Shown: positions 1-9,723 of the stretch, piece after piece
Numbering within the stretch: the stretch's first letter is position 1
How the letters are laid out: the number at the start of each line of letters is the position of its first letter
Assembly (NCBI GenBank): GCA_964629155.1
Contig: CAZVQI010000002.1
Location: 1 to 58,834 of the forward strand
From: an uncultured Flavobacterium sp.
Lineage (GTDB): Bacteria; Bacteroidota; Bacteroidia; Flavobacteriales; Flavobacteriaceae
Reading direction: 5' to 3'
DNA length: 58,834 bases
The notes under the pieces: model-generated
The model's input: the letters and a program-made list of their open reading frames with translations, nothing else
The model's database searches: none
Told to the model about the DNA's origin: nothing
Translations under genes and position numbers: made by a program

Positions 1-161
1 CGAATGCTTTAAAAGACATTGAGAAACAAGCGGAGGCTTATTGTAACAAAGTAAAGCCTTATTTTGACCAAATTCGCTATCATTGCGATAAATTAGAGTT
101 GGTTGTAGATAACGAAACCTGGACACTTACTAAGTACAGAGAATTGTTATTTACACGATAA
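1..161 (+). CDS. Glutamine synthetase type III, C-terminal fragment (partial)
   Basis: Frame 3 reads ...AEAYCNKVKPYFDQIRYHCDKLELVVDNETWTLTKYRELLFTR*, typical of the Bacteroidota GSIII C-terminus; TAA at 159-161. Confidence 0.85.
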   Translation, partial: NALKDIEKQAEAYCNKVKPYFDQIRYHCDKLELVVDNETWTLTKYRELLFTR

Positions 162-187
162 AAGCAGTAAACCTGTTTCGAGAATGA

Positions 188-222
188 AAGAGACCGACTA
201 AAATTAAGTCGGTCTTTTTTAT
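188..222. terminator. Probable bidirectional intrinsic terminator
   Basis: AGACCGACT/AGTCGGTCT stem followed by a T-run, between convergent GSIII and ribD. Confidence 0.8.
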
Positions 223-268
223 TTATAAAAATGTTGAAGAAGATTCCGAAGGACGAAGAAAAGTAAAT

Positions 269-1318
269 TTAAACTTCGTTGTAAAAATACTCTAAAGTAT
301 CATTCAAAATTTTATATGCTTTGGGCTTTGAACTTGTATTAAATTCAGGAGCTTTTATTCCGTTTTCAAAAACTAAATCAGAAGTGAATATGCGAGCTTC
401 GTCCCATAAATTATTTTGAATAAACGATTCTAATAATATTTTTCCTCCTTCAATAATTACAGATTGTATCTGATGTTTGTAAAGCGCTTTCAGAATTTCG
501 ATACAGACGTTTTTATTAAAATCAATTGTTTCAAAAAGTAAATTTTCGTGTGTTGAAAGTTGTTTTTTTTCGGTAATAAAAATAGTTTTTACACTTTTGT
601 CGTATACAGAAAAATCAGAAGGGATTTTCAGTGTTTTATCTATAACGATTCGAATAGGATTCTCTCCTGTCCAATTTCTTACATCAAGTTTCGGATTGTC
701 TTGCAGAACGGTGTTTGTTCCGACCATAATAGCTTGTTCTTCTGCTCTCCATTTGTGTGTCAATTGTCTTGAAAAAGTGTTGGAAATCCACACCGGTTTA
801 ACTTCTTTTTTTTGCCAAGGAGCTATAAATCCGTTTTGAGTTTGTGCCCATTTAAGTATAATATACGGCCGTTTTTTTTGATGAAACGTAAAGAACCTTT
901 TGTTAAGCTCTGTACATTCCGTTTTCAAAAAACCTACTTGAACGTCAACACCTGCATTTTTCAGTTTGGTAATTCCGTTTCCACAAACTTTAGCAAAAGG
1001 GTCAATTGTACCGATTACTACTTTTGGGATTTTATGCTCAATAATCAAATCTGCACAAGGAGGGGTTTTGCCAAAATGCGAACAAGGTTCAAGACTTACG
1101 TAAATTGTACTTTTTTTGAGTAAGCTTTTGTCTTTTACTGAATTTATAGCAATGACTTCTGCATGTGGTTCTCCCGCTTTTCTGTGCCATCCTTCACCGA
1201 TAATTATTCCGTTATGTACAATAACACTGCCTACAAGCGGATTGGGGTAAGTGGTCCCTAACCCGTTTTGAGCAAGTTCAATACAGCGTTTAATATAGAT
1301 TTCGTGTGAAGTTGACAT
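269..1318 (-). CDS. ribD: Bifunctional riboflavin deaminase/reductase RibD
   Basis: PNPLVG, HAE and LEPCSHFGKTPPC zinc deaminase motifs; GTNTVLQDNP and IIEGG reductase motifs. Confidence 0.97.
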   Translation of the reverse strand: MSTSHEIYIKRCIELAQNGLGTTYPNPLVGSVIVHNGIIIGEGWHRKAGEPHAEVIAINSVKDKSLLKKSTIYVSLEPCSHFGKTPPCADLIIEHKIPKVVIGTIDPFAKVCGNGITKLKNAGVDVQVGFLKTECTELNKRFFTFHQKKRPYIILKWAQTQNGFIAPWQKKEVKPVWISNTFSRQLTHKWRAEEQAIMVGTNTVLQDNPKLDVRNWTGENPIRIVIDKTLKIPSDFSVYDKSVKTIFITEKKQLSTHENLLFETIDFNKNVCIEILKALYKHQIQSVIIEGGKILLESFIQNNLWDEARIFTSDLVFENGIKAPEFNTSSKPKAYKILNDTLEYFYNEV

Positions 1319-2700
1319 TAATTTTCAATCGGATTGGTGTAATCTTCGTCTAATCGTTTGTTTTTGTTTTCTTTTAGATAAAGCCTGTTAAATACTTGGC
1401 AAGTTACTAAATCCCCCATTACGTTTACTGAAGTTCGGAACATTCCGAGTAGCCTGTCTACTCCAATAATCAGGGCAATAGCTGTTACGGGAATTCCGAT
1501 TGTTCCTAAAACAGAGCCTAAAACAATGACTCCTGCTCCCGGAGCTGAAGGCGTCCCGATAGAAGCCAAAATTGTAGTGATAATTACAATAATCATAGTA
1601 GGTGTATCAAGCTCTAATCCGTAAACTTGTGCTAAAAATAAGGTAGCTATGGCCTGGAAAACAGCAGTTCCGTCCATATTTATTGAAACACCCACAGGAA
1701 TAATAAACCGACTTACAGACGGATTAATTCCCATTTTTTCTTCGGCTGTCTTCAATGTCAAGGGCATAACAGCCGCAGAACTCGACATTGAAAAAGCTAG
1801 TAACAGCACATCTTTAGCATCAGAGAAGAAATTTTTCAGATTGGTTTTGGCAAAAAACAAAAGAATCATACTGTACACAATCACTACCAAAAACAGTCCC
1901 ATTATTACTGTAAACATAAACATAGAAAGTCCCATAATGGTCTCTAATCCTACCTTTGAGGTTACTTGACACATCAGTCCAAAAACAGCTATGGGAGCGA
2001 GCTTCATTGCCCAACGAGTAATCGCCATAGTAATTTCCTGAACAGAATACAGTACTTTTAAAAGAGGAATGGCAGTATCTGCCTGTATATTAGCCAAAGA
2101 AACACCAATGATGATAGCAAAAATCACAATGCTCAACATATCTCCCGATACTAAGGCTTGCAAAGGATTAGCAGGTAAAAGGTTTACAATCATTTCGGGG
2201 ATGTATCCCAAACCTAATTTTGTTCCTGATTCGGTTAATATTTCAGGATTTAAAGCCATATCTTCTGTGATAAGGCTTGTAGCATCCATATAATTTCCGG
2301 GTTGAATAATGGTGGCTAAAATAACAGCTAAAATTAACACGGAGGAGGTAGTCATCCCGTAATATAACAATAATTTAGGACCTGATTTTTTAAGATATTC
2401 CGTGTTATCTCCGCCTGCAATCCCTTGAACAATGGAGCTGAACATCAACGGAATCATAATCATTTGAACTACTCTAATAAACAGGTTTCCCGGAAAAGAA
2501 ATCCAATTGATGACTGCTTGTAGGGTTTTTTCGCTAACCCAGTTAGGCTCAGTGGCAAAGTAGGCACCCAACAGAATTCCGGCAAACATCCCTATCAGAA
2601 CCTTTAGCCAAAGCTTTTTCTGAACCAAATTTTGTAAATAGGTATAAAGTTCTTTGACAGGAAGTAATCTTTCAGAAGATTTTTGATTCAGCAATTCCAT
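1318..2700 (-). CDS. Dicarboxylate/amino acid:cation symporter (DAACS family)
   Basis: SSSAA hairpin, INMDGTA, DRLLGMFRTSVNVMGD; many TM helices. Confidence 0.93.
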   Translation of the reverse strand: MELLNQKSSERLLPVKELYTYLQNLVQKKLWLKVLIGMFAGILLGAYFATEPNWVSEKTLQAVINWISFPGNLFIRVVQMIMIPLMFSSIVQGIAGGDNTEYLKKSGPKLLLYYGMTTSSVLILAVILATIIQPGNYMDATSLITEDMALNPEILTESGTKLGLGYIPEMIVNLLPANPLQALVSGDMLSIVIFAIIIGVSLANIQADTAIPLLKVLYSVQEITMAITRWAMKLAPIAVFGLMCQVTSKVGLETIMGLSMFMFTVIMGLFLVVIVYSMILLFFAKTNLKNFFSDAKDVLLLAFSMSSSAAVMPLTLKTAEEKMGINPSVSRFIIPVGVSINMDGTAVFQAIATLFLAQVYGLELDTPTMIIVIITTILASIGTPSAPGAGVIVLGSVLGTIGIPVTAIALIIGVDRLLGMFRTSVNVMGDLVTCQVFNRLYLKENKNKRLDEDYTNPIEN

Positions 2701-2747
2701 AATACTCAGGAATTAGATAGAGATAAAATTCTCTTAGAATATTAATG

Positions 2748-3134
2748 CTACAGATTATGATTTTCGTTTATTTCTTCGTCTTTAGTGTGTGTTTGAGAAT
2801 TTCCTTTTTTTTCAATTACATTTTTGAGATCATCTCTGACAGATTTTTCCCACATTTTAACCTTGCTCACATAAGCTGTCCGTGCAATTAAGAAGGCAGC
2901 TACGGGTGAAGTAATAAACAAAAAGAAAATGACTGCAAATACTTTGGTAGTAATCGAAAAATCAGAAAAGTGAATAGCAACTGCACTTAAAATACATCCC
3001 ACTCCTAAAGTAACTGCTTTGACGGTTACGGACAATCGGGTATAAAAATCGGGCATTCTGTATATTCCCAAAGAGGCTATCAGAATAAAAATAGCACCTA
3101 AAGTGCTTAATATCATTATCAGAATATCATTCAT
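2748..3134 (-). CDS. mnhG: Mrp/Mnh Na+/H+ antiporter subunit G
   Basis: GIYRMPDFYTRL..KAVTLG and FLFITSPVAA motifs; last gene of the operon. Confidence 0.93.
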   Translation of the reverse strand: MNDILIMILSTLGAIFILIASLGIYRMPDFYTRLSVTVKAVTLGVGCILSAVAIHFSDFSITTKVFAVIFFLFITSPVAAFLIARTAYVSKVKMWEKSVRDDLKNVIEKKGNSQTHTKDEEINENHNL

Positions 3135-3402
3135 TTTTGTTTCCTTTGTCTAAATAATATGCAAAAGCAATCGTACTCAAAAAGGCTATCAGAGCCAAAA
3201 TCATGGCTGTATCTAAAAAGGTAGGGTCTTGTGAAATTAGGCTAAACACTCCAATAAGTCCTACTCCTGATGAGATAATCAAATCCAAAGCAATAACCCG
3301 GTCGGCTACGTGAGGACCTTTTAAGAAGCGAACTACTATTATCAGCAACGAAAGGCAAATAATAGGAATTACAACCCACATCAAATACGATTCTACTGTC
3401 AT
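3127..3402 (-). CDS. mnhF: Mrp/Mnh antiporter subunit F
   Basis: RFLKGP..ADRVIALD motif, 91 aa, 3 TM. Confidence 0.93.
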   Translation of the reverse strand: MTVESYLMWVVIPIICLSLLIIVVRFLKGPHVADRVIALDLIISSGVGLIGVFSLISQDPTFLDTAMILALIAFLSTIAFAYYLDKGNKNE

Positions 3403-3884
3403 TATCTCAGAATTTCTATTAGCTTTTTCTCCAATCCGTTTCTCATTTTTTCTACAAATTTTTCCTTATTCTTTACGTATAAACCGTGTATGTAAAGAAT
3501 TTTTTTATCTTCACTTATTTTCAAAACCATTGTTCCGGGTGTCAGAGCAATAAGGTTGGTCATCATGGTAATTTCAAAATCTGTTTTCAGACTGTGTTCA
3601 TAAGCAATAATTCCGGGAGTCATATTCAATTCCGGAGTCATGATTTCTTTAGTAACTTCGATATTTGCCAGTATCATATCATAGAAAAAAGATATAATAA
3701 ACATCAGGATTTTAGGAACTCTGTAAAAGTAATTTCTTTCTTCTGTCTTAGATACTCGCGATAATAACCAAAGGATAAAGAATCCCATTACAAAACCGAA
3801 TACAAAATTGGTATAATTCAGGTGTCCGGTGAGGGCTACCCAAACTAAGGATAACAAAAGGTTAAGTAAAAAATTCTTAATCAT
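3402..3884 (-). CDS. mnhE: Mrp/Mnh antiporter subunit E
   Basis: PGII, LTPGT and LYIH motifs. Confidence 0.93.
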   Translation of the reverse strand: MIKNFLLNLLLSLVWVALTGHLNYTNFVFGFVMGFFILWLLSRVSKTEERNYFYRVPKILMFIISFFYDMILANIEVTKEIMTPELNMTPGIIAYEHSLKTDFEITMMTNLIALTPGTMVLKISEDKKILYIHGLYVKNKEKFVEKMRNGLEKKLIEILR

Positions 3885-5401
3885 TACTTAGCAAATTTAT
3901 GGTTGAGAACTGCATCAATATAAGCAGATGGGTTCATCAGTTCGTGAGCTGTTTTTTGAACGATTTCATATACACTTTCCGCATTGAAACCGATGTATAA
4001 AGATACAAAAGACAAAGCGGTTACAGGTGCAACAAGGGCAAATTTTTTACCAAAATCCAAATTGGCAAAATGATCTATTTCTTCAGTAAGTGGTTTTGGA
4101 GATTCTTTCCAAAACACTTCCGTCCACATTTTGGCAATGACATAAAGCGTTACAAAACTTGCGAGGATAAATGCTGCTAACAAAAAATAATGTCCTGCTT
4201 TAAGCGATTCACCAAAAAACTGAATTTTAGGCCAAAATCCCGATAAAGGAGGAATCCCCACAAGAGAAAATAAAGCCACAGCAATTACAAAAGAAAGTTT
4301 AGGATAGTCTTTGCCTAATCCTCCTAAACGAGTCATATCAATAGTTTCGCGAATCTTTTGGATAATTCCCGTTATCATCAAAATATTACTTTTTACGATA
4401 ACATCATGAACTAAGTAAAAGAGAACTCCAACCATTGCCAATTCGGTGTAAATCCCGATTCCCCCTATTAAATATCCTATATGGCAAACAATCAGATAAG
4501 AAATCAATCTTCGGATACTGCGTTTATTGATAACCCCCAATGCTCCTGTTATCATGGTCAGTATGGCAATAATGATAAATACAGGTTGTATAAACTCATC
4601 CGGTTTGAAAATAAGAGTAAAAACCCGTATCATGGCATATATCCCCATTTTAGTAAGTAATCCACCGAAAATGGCTGCAATGGCAGACGGAGGAGTATGA
4701 TAAGATGAAGGTAACCAAAAGTACAGAGGAAAAACAGCCGATTTAATTCCAAATCCTATGAAAAATAACAAAGCAGTCACAGAAACCAAACCTCTGTGCT
4801 CAATTGCTGCTATTTTCAGAGATAAATCAGCCATATTCAGCGTTCCGGTGATTCCGTATAAAATTGCTACAGCAGTAAGGAAAATAGTAGAAGCCAGCAT
4901 ATTTAGCGTAACGTATTTAACTCCTCCTTCCATTTGCATTTTCTTTCCTCCCAGAGTTAATAATACGAATGATGATATAATTACCACCTCAAACCATACA
5001 TAAAGATTGAAGATATCCCCTGTCAAGAAAGCTCCTAAAAGCCCCATAATCAGGAAGTGGAAAATAAAGAAGTAGCCGTATTTAATACGATTGACATGAA
5101 GTGCTGCAGTAGAATAAATTCCCACAGCAAGACTTATAATAGCGGTAAGCAATACCATTATTGAACTGAGCGAATCCGATACAAAAGTAATTCCGAAAGG
5201 AGCTTGCCAATTTCCTGCTTGAAGAATCAAATAACCTTCGTGCTGTGTAGTAATAAACAAACGGATACAAAGCAAAAAGGCAATACTGTTCCCTATAATA
5301 CTAATGACTTTTTGGGCTTGTACTTTTTGCCAAAAGAATAGCAAAAGTATAGCCGTAATCATATGTACGAGTATCGGAGCAAGTATAAAATTTGTTATCA
5401 T
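3884..5401 (-). CDS. mnhD: Mrp/Mnh antiporter subunit D
   Basis: GNWQAPFGI, TGDIFNLYVWFE, FPLYFWLP, GIPPLSGF. Confidence 0.95.
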   Translation of the reverse strand: MITNFILAPILVHMITAILLLFFWQKVQAQKVISIIGNSIAFLLCIRLFITTQHEGYLILQAGNWQAPFGITFVSDSLSSIMVLLTAIISLAVGIYSTAALHVNRIKYGYFFIFHFLIMGLLGAFLTGDIFNLYVWFEVVIISSFVLLTLGGKKMQMEGGVKYVTLNMLASTIFLTAVAILYGITGTLNMADLSLKIAAIEHRGLVSVTALLFFIGFGIKSAVFPLYFWLPSSYHTPPSAIAAIFGGLLTKMGIYAMIRVFTLIFKPDEFIQPVFIIIAILTMITGALGVINKRSIRRLISYLIVCHIGYLIGGIGIYTELAMVGVLFYLVHDVIVKSNILMITGIIQKIRETIDMTRLGGLGKDYPKLSFVIAVALFSLVGIPPLSGFWPKIQFFGESLKAGHYFLLAAFILASFVTLYVIAKMWTEVFWKESPKPLTEEIDHFANLDFGKKFALVAPVTALSFVSLYIGFNAESVYEIVQKTAHELMNPSAYIDAVLNHKFAK

Positions 5402-5751
5402 ATATCTAAATCCTGAATATTCAACGAATCCAAATCATCAGAACCCGTTGTGGCATATACTTTTTTAAGCAAAATAATAGCGAAAGCCGTAAGAGCGAAG
5501 CTGATTACAATAGCTGTCAGAATAAGGGCTTGAGGCACAGGGTCTGCATAAGCATCCGCAAAAGAAGTTTCTTCTTCTCCTAAAATGGGAGGTTTTCCTT
5601 TGGTTAATCCCCCCATCAAAAAGATAAGAAGGTTTGCCCCATTTCCGAGAAGGAGTAATCCTAACAGTAATTTAACCATGCTTCTGCGAAGCATCAAAAA
5701 AATTCCTGCTGAATACAATATCCCAATCAACAATACTACCAGTAACTCCAT
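5398..5751 (-). CDS. mnhC: Mrp/Mnh antiporter subunit C
   Basis: ADPVPQALILTAIVISFA signature. Confidence 0.96.
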   Translation of the reverse strand: MELLVVLLIGILYSAGIFLMLRRSMVKLLLGLLLLGNGANLLIFLMGGLTKGKPPILGEEETSFADAYADPVPQALILTAIVISFALTAFAIILLKKVYATTGSDDLDSLNIQDLDI

Positions 5752-5799
5752 AAAATCAAATTCAGATTACTTTAAGCTATTAACTTAAATCTATTTTGT

Positions 5800-6258
5800 T
5801 TAAACATTTTCTTTAATCGTAAATATAATAGTCAATGTAACTCCGATTACCACCAAATAAACTCCTAAATCGAAAAATAAAGCGGTTCCTACTGACCCGA
5901 TAATAGCTATAGAAGAATCAAGCCAAAGACCTGTCAGAAAAGGTTTTCCGAAAAAGACCGGCAACAATCCGCTGAAAATTGACAACGAAGAGCCTATCGG
6001 AATCAGTGTCTTTGGAGAGAATTTAAACAATCTTAAAGTTTCTTTGGTTGTATGAGCAAACGAGTGCAATATAAAGGCAATCGATGCAATCAATCCTCCA
6101 ACAAATCCTCCTCCCGGAAGGTAATGTCCTCTTAAAAGAACAAAAACCGAGAACATTAAAAGCAGCGGAATCAAGTAATTGGTCGCTGTTTTAAGGATAA
6201 TCATATCCGATTTCGGATTTGCCGGATTAGGTTTATTCAATTTCTTCATTTCCTGCAT
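5800..6258 (-). CDS. mnhB: Mrp/Mnh antiporter subunit B (start uncertain)
   Basis: RGHYLPGGGFVGGL and FFDLGVYLVV motifs. Confidence 0.93.
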   Translation of the reverse strand: MQEMKKLNKPNPANPKSDMIILKTATNYLIPLLLMFSVFVLLRGHYLPGGGFVGGLIASIAFILHSFAHTTKETLRLFKFSPKTLIPIGSSLSIFSGLLPVFFGKPFLTGLWLDSSIAIIGSVGTALFFDLGVYLVVIGVTLTIIFTIKENV

Positions 6259-8539
6259 TGTATTTTAATAAGCTAAATACTCCTAAAGCTGCGATAGCCA
6301 GCACAATACCTTCTACCATCGTATCAAACCCTCTGAAATCAACTAATATTACGTTAACTACGTTTTTCCCTTTACCTAACTTATATACGTTTTCAGCAAA
6401 GAACATACTGGTTTCTTTAGTTGCCGGACTTACTAAGGCTTGTAAAGCTATCACGGTGATTAATGCCCCGAAAGCAACCGAAACTATAGTATCTCTCAGT
6501 TTAACAGCTTTGCTTTTATATCCTAAAAACGGAGGTAATTTAAACAACACTAATACAAATAGGACTACGGTTAGCGTATCAATGGTAAATTGTGTCATTG
6601 CCAAATCAGGAGCTCCATAGAACACAAAAATTAAACAGATACAATATCCGATAATTCCTAAGCTTGCAATGGCTGTTAATCTTGATTTAGTAGTAATGGT
6701 AAAATAAATCGCAACAATAATCATTACAAAAATCGCCAGCTCATAAATTCTGAATCCCGACAAATCTTTGGTGTTTACCTCAATAGGAGTAGTGGTAAAC
6801 AATCGATATCCGACCAGTAATGTCGAAAATATGATTATTGTCAGTAAATAACTTCTTAGATATCCGTTATGGAAAAACCGTGTATAGCGGAAAGCAAAAC
6901 TTCGGATAAGCTCTCCAAATTTTTCAACAAGAGTTTTCGGAGCTACCGTATTAAATGTTTCTATAAACGAAAGAGATTTACCGTTATGTTTTTTTGCTAA
7001 AAATAAAATGAAACCAACAAGAATAGTAGCAATACTCAATAACAACACTAAACCGAATCCATGCCAAATTTTCAAATATAATTGACTTGGTGTTGTATTA
7101 ACGCTGTTAAAAGCAGATCTTAGAATTCCCTCATCTGCCAATATAGGGAGCAATCCGAAAATTAAGGTTAAAGAACTTAAAATTACAACCGGAATCCATA
7201 GAAAAGAGCTTGGTTTTTTGACGTTTTGATATTTTTCAGGCAACTTGCCGATAAATGGTTTGATTCCTGCCATAAAGCCGGAACAAGCCAAGAATATATT
7301 CGTTAAAACAGCACCTCCGGTAATCCACATTGCCCATTTTGGGATATGTAATGTTGCTTCATAAATTAAATCTTTGCTGATAAAACCGAAAGTAAGTGGA
7401 ACTCCTGCACTGGACAAAGCGGCTATAAGAGAGGCAAAAAACACCAACGGCATTACCTTACGAAGCCCTGAAATTTGCGAAATATCACGTGTGTGAACAG
7501 CGTGATCTACAATTCCCGTTGTAAGGAACAAGGCAGCTTTGTAAAGAGCGTGAACCAAAATAAAAGTAACCGCAGCATACAAAGCATATTGATTTCCGAT
7601 TCCTAACAGAAAAACTATAATTCCGAGAGCAGAAATTGTGGAATAAGCCAAAATTCCCTTCATATCAGTACGGAAAATGCTATGAAAAGCAGCATAAAGC
7701 ATAGTAATGCCCCCGACTATCATAAGTGTGTTATTCCACCAAAAACCATCACTTAAAACAGGAGAAAAACGTGCCAGCAAGTAAACACCTGCTTTTACCA
7801 TTGTAGCCGAATGCAGATAAGCAGAAACAGGAGTCGGAGCTTGCATAGCTCCCGGAAGCCAAAAGTGAAACGGAAACTGAGCCGATTTGGTAAATGCTCC
7901 TCCGAAAATTAAGAATAAAATAAGCGGAAAAAGAGCATTATTTTGGATAACTTCTGACGATGAGAGTAATTCGGTTACAGAGTAGGTACCTGCAATACTG
8001 TATATCAGAATAAATCCCCCGAGCATAAAGAAACCACCTAAACCGGTAATTCCTAATGCGGTTAAAGCACTTTTTCGGGAGACTTCATCCTCATTGTTAA
8101 AACCGATAAGGAAAAATGAACTTATACTGGTGAGTTCCCAAAACACAAAAAGAGAAATCAGGTTATCAGACAGCACAAGCCCCAACATTGCTCCCATAAA
8201 AAGGGTTAAGTAACCATAAAAACGATTGAGGTAAGGGTGGTTTTTAAGGTAATATGAGGCATAAAAATAAACCAGTGAACCGATTCCCGTAATTAGCAAA
8301 GAAAAAAGAAGCGAAAGCCCGTCTATCTTGAGATTTAAGTTAATTCCCAATGAAGGAATCCATTTATAAGGTAAATAAATCTCATCTTCCAAATGAAGGA
8401 GAACCAGATAAACACAAAAATAAATAAAGAGCGAAACGGGAAGAAACCCTATAAATTTATAATGCTTTGGGCGAATATAATCTCCTGAAAAGAGAATCAG
8501 AAAAGCAACTATAAAAACAGACGTTAGTATTGCAAGCAT
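6233..8539 (-). CDS. mnhA: Mrp/Mnh antiporter subunit A
   Basis: FWELTSISSFFLIG, KSAQFPFHFWLPGAMQAPTPVSAYLHSATMVKAG, NVVNVILVDFRGFDT; ATG at 8539 preferred. Confidence 0.95.
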   Translation of the reverse strand: MLAILTSVFIVAFLILFSGDYIRPKHYKFIGFLPVSLFIYFCVYLVLLHLEDEIYLPYKWIPSLGINLNLKIDGLSLLFSLLITGIGSLVYFYASYYLKNHPYLNRFYGYLTLFMGAMLGLVLSDNLISLFVFWELTSISSFFLIGFNNEDEVSRKSALTALGITGLGGFFMLGGFILIYSIAGTYSVTELLSSSEVIQNNALFPLILFLIFGGAFTKSAQFPFHFWLPGAMQAPTPVSAYLHSATMVKAGVYLLARFSPVLSDGFWWNNTLMIVGGITMLYAAFHSIFRTDMKGILAYSTISALGIIVFLLGIGNQYALYAAVTFILVHALYKAALFLTTGIVDHAVHTRDISQISGLRKVMPLVFFASLIAALSSAGVPLTFGFISKDLIYEATLHIPKWAMWITGGAVLTNIFLACSGFMAGIKPFIGKLPEKYQNVKKPSSFLWIPVVILSSLTLIFGLLPILADEGILRSAFNSVNTTPSQLYLKIWHGFGLVLLLSIATILVGFILFLAKKHNGKSLSFIETFNTVAPKTLVEKFGELIRSFAFRYTRFFHNGYLRSYLLTIIIFSTLLVGYRLFTTTPIEVNTKDLSGFRIYELAIFVMIIVAIYFTITTKSRLTAIASLGIIGYCICLIFVFYGAPDLAMTQFTIDTLTVVLFVLVLFKLPPFLGYKSKAVKLRDTIVSVAFGALITVIALQALVSPATKETSMFFAENVYKLGKGKNVVNVILVDFRGFDTMVEGIVLAIAALGVFSLLKYNAGNEEIE

Positions 8540-8641
8540 TGGTTCTATTTCGAGTGAGTGTAAAAATACTAAAAATCTCAGAAAAGACAATAAAATTTAT
8601 GCTTGATCTATCGGTTTTTTGAGACACAGAAAATTTTTTTT

Positions 8642-9670
8642 TTAAGAGTTTTTCCATTCTTCAATCCATGTATGAAGAGCATCAATCCAAAGTTCGTCTT
8701 CATTTAAACAAGGAATGGTAAGAAATTCTTTTCCTCCGTTAGTTAGAAAATCTTCTTTGGCTCTCATCCCGATTTCTTCGAGAGTTTCTAAGCAATCCGA
8801 AACGAAAGCAGGAGTTACTACAGCAATTTTTTTAATTCCGTTTTTAGCTAAATTATTAATTTCTTCATCAGTATAAGGGTCAAGCCATTTGTCCCCCGAA
8901 AGTCGGGACTGAAAAGTAATAAGCACTTTGTTTGGGTCTATATTCAAGTATTCTCTGACTTGTCTTGTAGTTTCAAAACAATGTGTACGATAGCAAAATT
9001 CTGAATCAGAAGAGTTGGGTTGACAGCAATAAACATCCTTTTCAAACTTTTTGTGAGTCCCCGGTTTTCCGGTTTTTCGGATATGTCTTTCAGGTACTCC
9101 GTGATAAGAGAAAATCAACTTTTCAAAATCAAAATTCCCTAAATGTTTTTTTATGGATTCCGATAAGGCTTTTACATATTCTTTTCGATTATAAAAAGCA
9201 GGGAAATGAGTGAACTTCATTTCTTTAAAGAGCTTTTTTTGGATGGTGTCTGCCAATTCAGTAATGGTTAAGGTTGTTGCCATAGCATATTGCGGATACA
9301 AAGGCATAACCAAAACATCAGTAACTCCTTTTTGATGTAATTCCGAAAGTCCTGTTTGGATGCTCGGTTTTCCGTAACGCATAGCTAAAGCAATAGGAAT
9401 ATCTGTTTTAGCCTGTATTTTTTTCTGTACTCTTTCAGACAGAACAATAAGCGGAGAACCTTCGTTCCACCAAATTTGCTGATAAGCTTCAGCCGATTTT
9501 TCAGCTCTATTTCTCAATCCGATAATAATTCCCCGAACTAAAAAAACACGCAACAAATACGGAACATCAATTACGTATTTATCCATTAAAAATTCATCTA
9601 AATAAGGCTTTACATCTTTAGGTGTGGGGCTGTCAGGTGAACCGAGATTGACTAAAAGGACTCCTTTCAT
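8642..9670 (-). CDS. hemH: Ferrochelatase
   Basis: LLVNLGSP, AMRYGKP, PLYPQY, FSYHG, FQSR, DCLETLEE. Confidence 0.97.
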   Translation of the reverse strand: MKGVLLVNLGSPDSPTPKDVKPYLDEFLMDKYVIDVPYLLRVFLVRGIIIGLRNRAEKSAEAYQQIWWNEGSPLIVLSERVQKKIQAKTDIPIALAMRYGKPSIQTGLSELHQKGVTDVLVMPLYPQYAMATTLTITELADTIQKKLFKEMKFTHFPAFYNRKEYVKALSESIKKHLGNFDFEKLIFSYHGVPERHIRKTGKPGTHKKFEKDVYCCQPNSSDSEFCYRTHCFETTRQVREYLNIDPNKVLITFQSRLSGDKWLDPYTDEEINNLAKNGIKKIAVVTPAFVSDCLETLEEIGMRAKEDFLTNGGKEFLTIPCLNEDELWIDALHTWIEEWKNS

Positions 9671-9723
9671 TGATTACTGAATCGTGATTATTAAGAGAAA
9701 TGTTTGTTTGTGAGGGCTAATTT

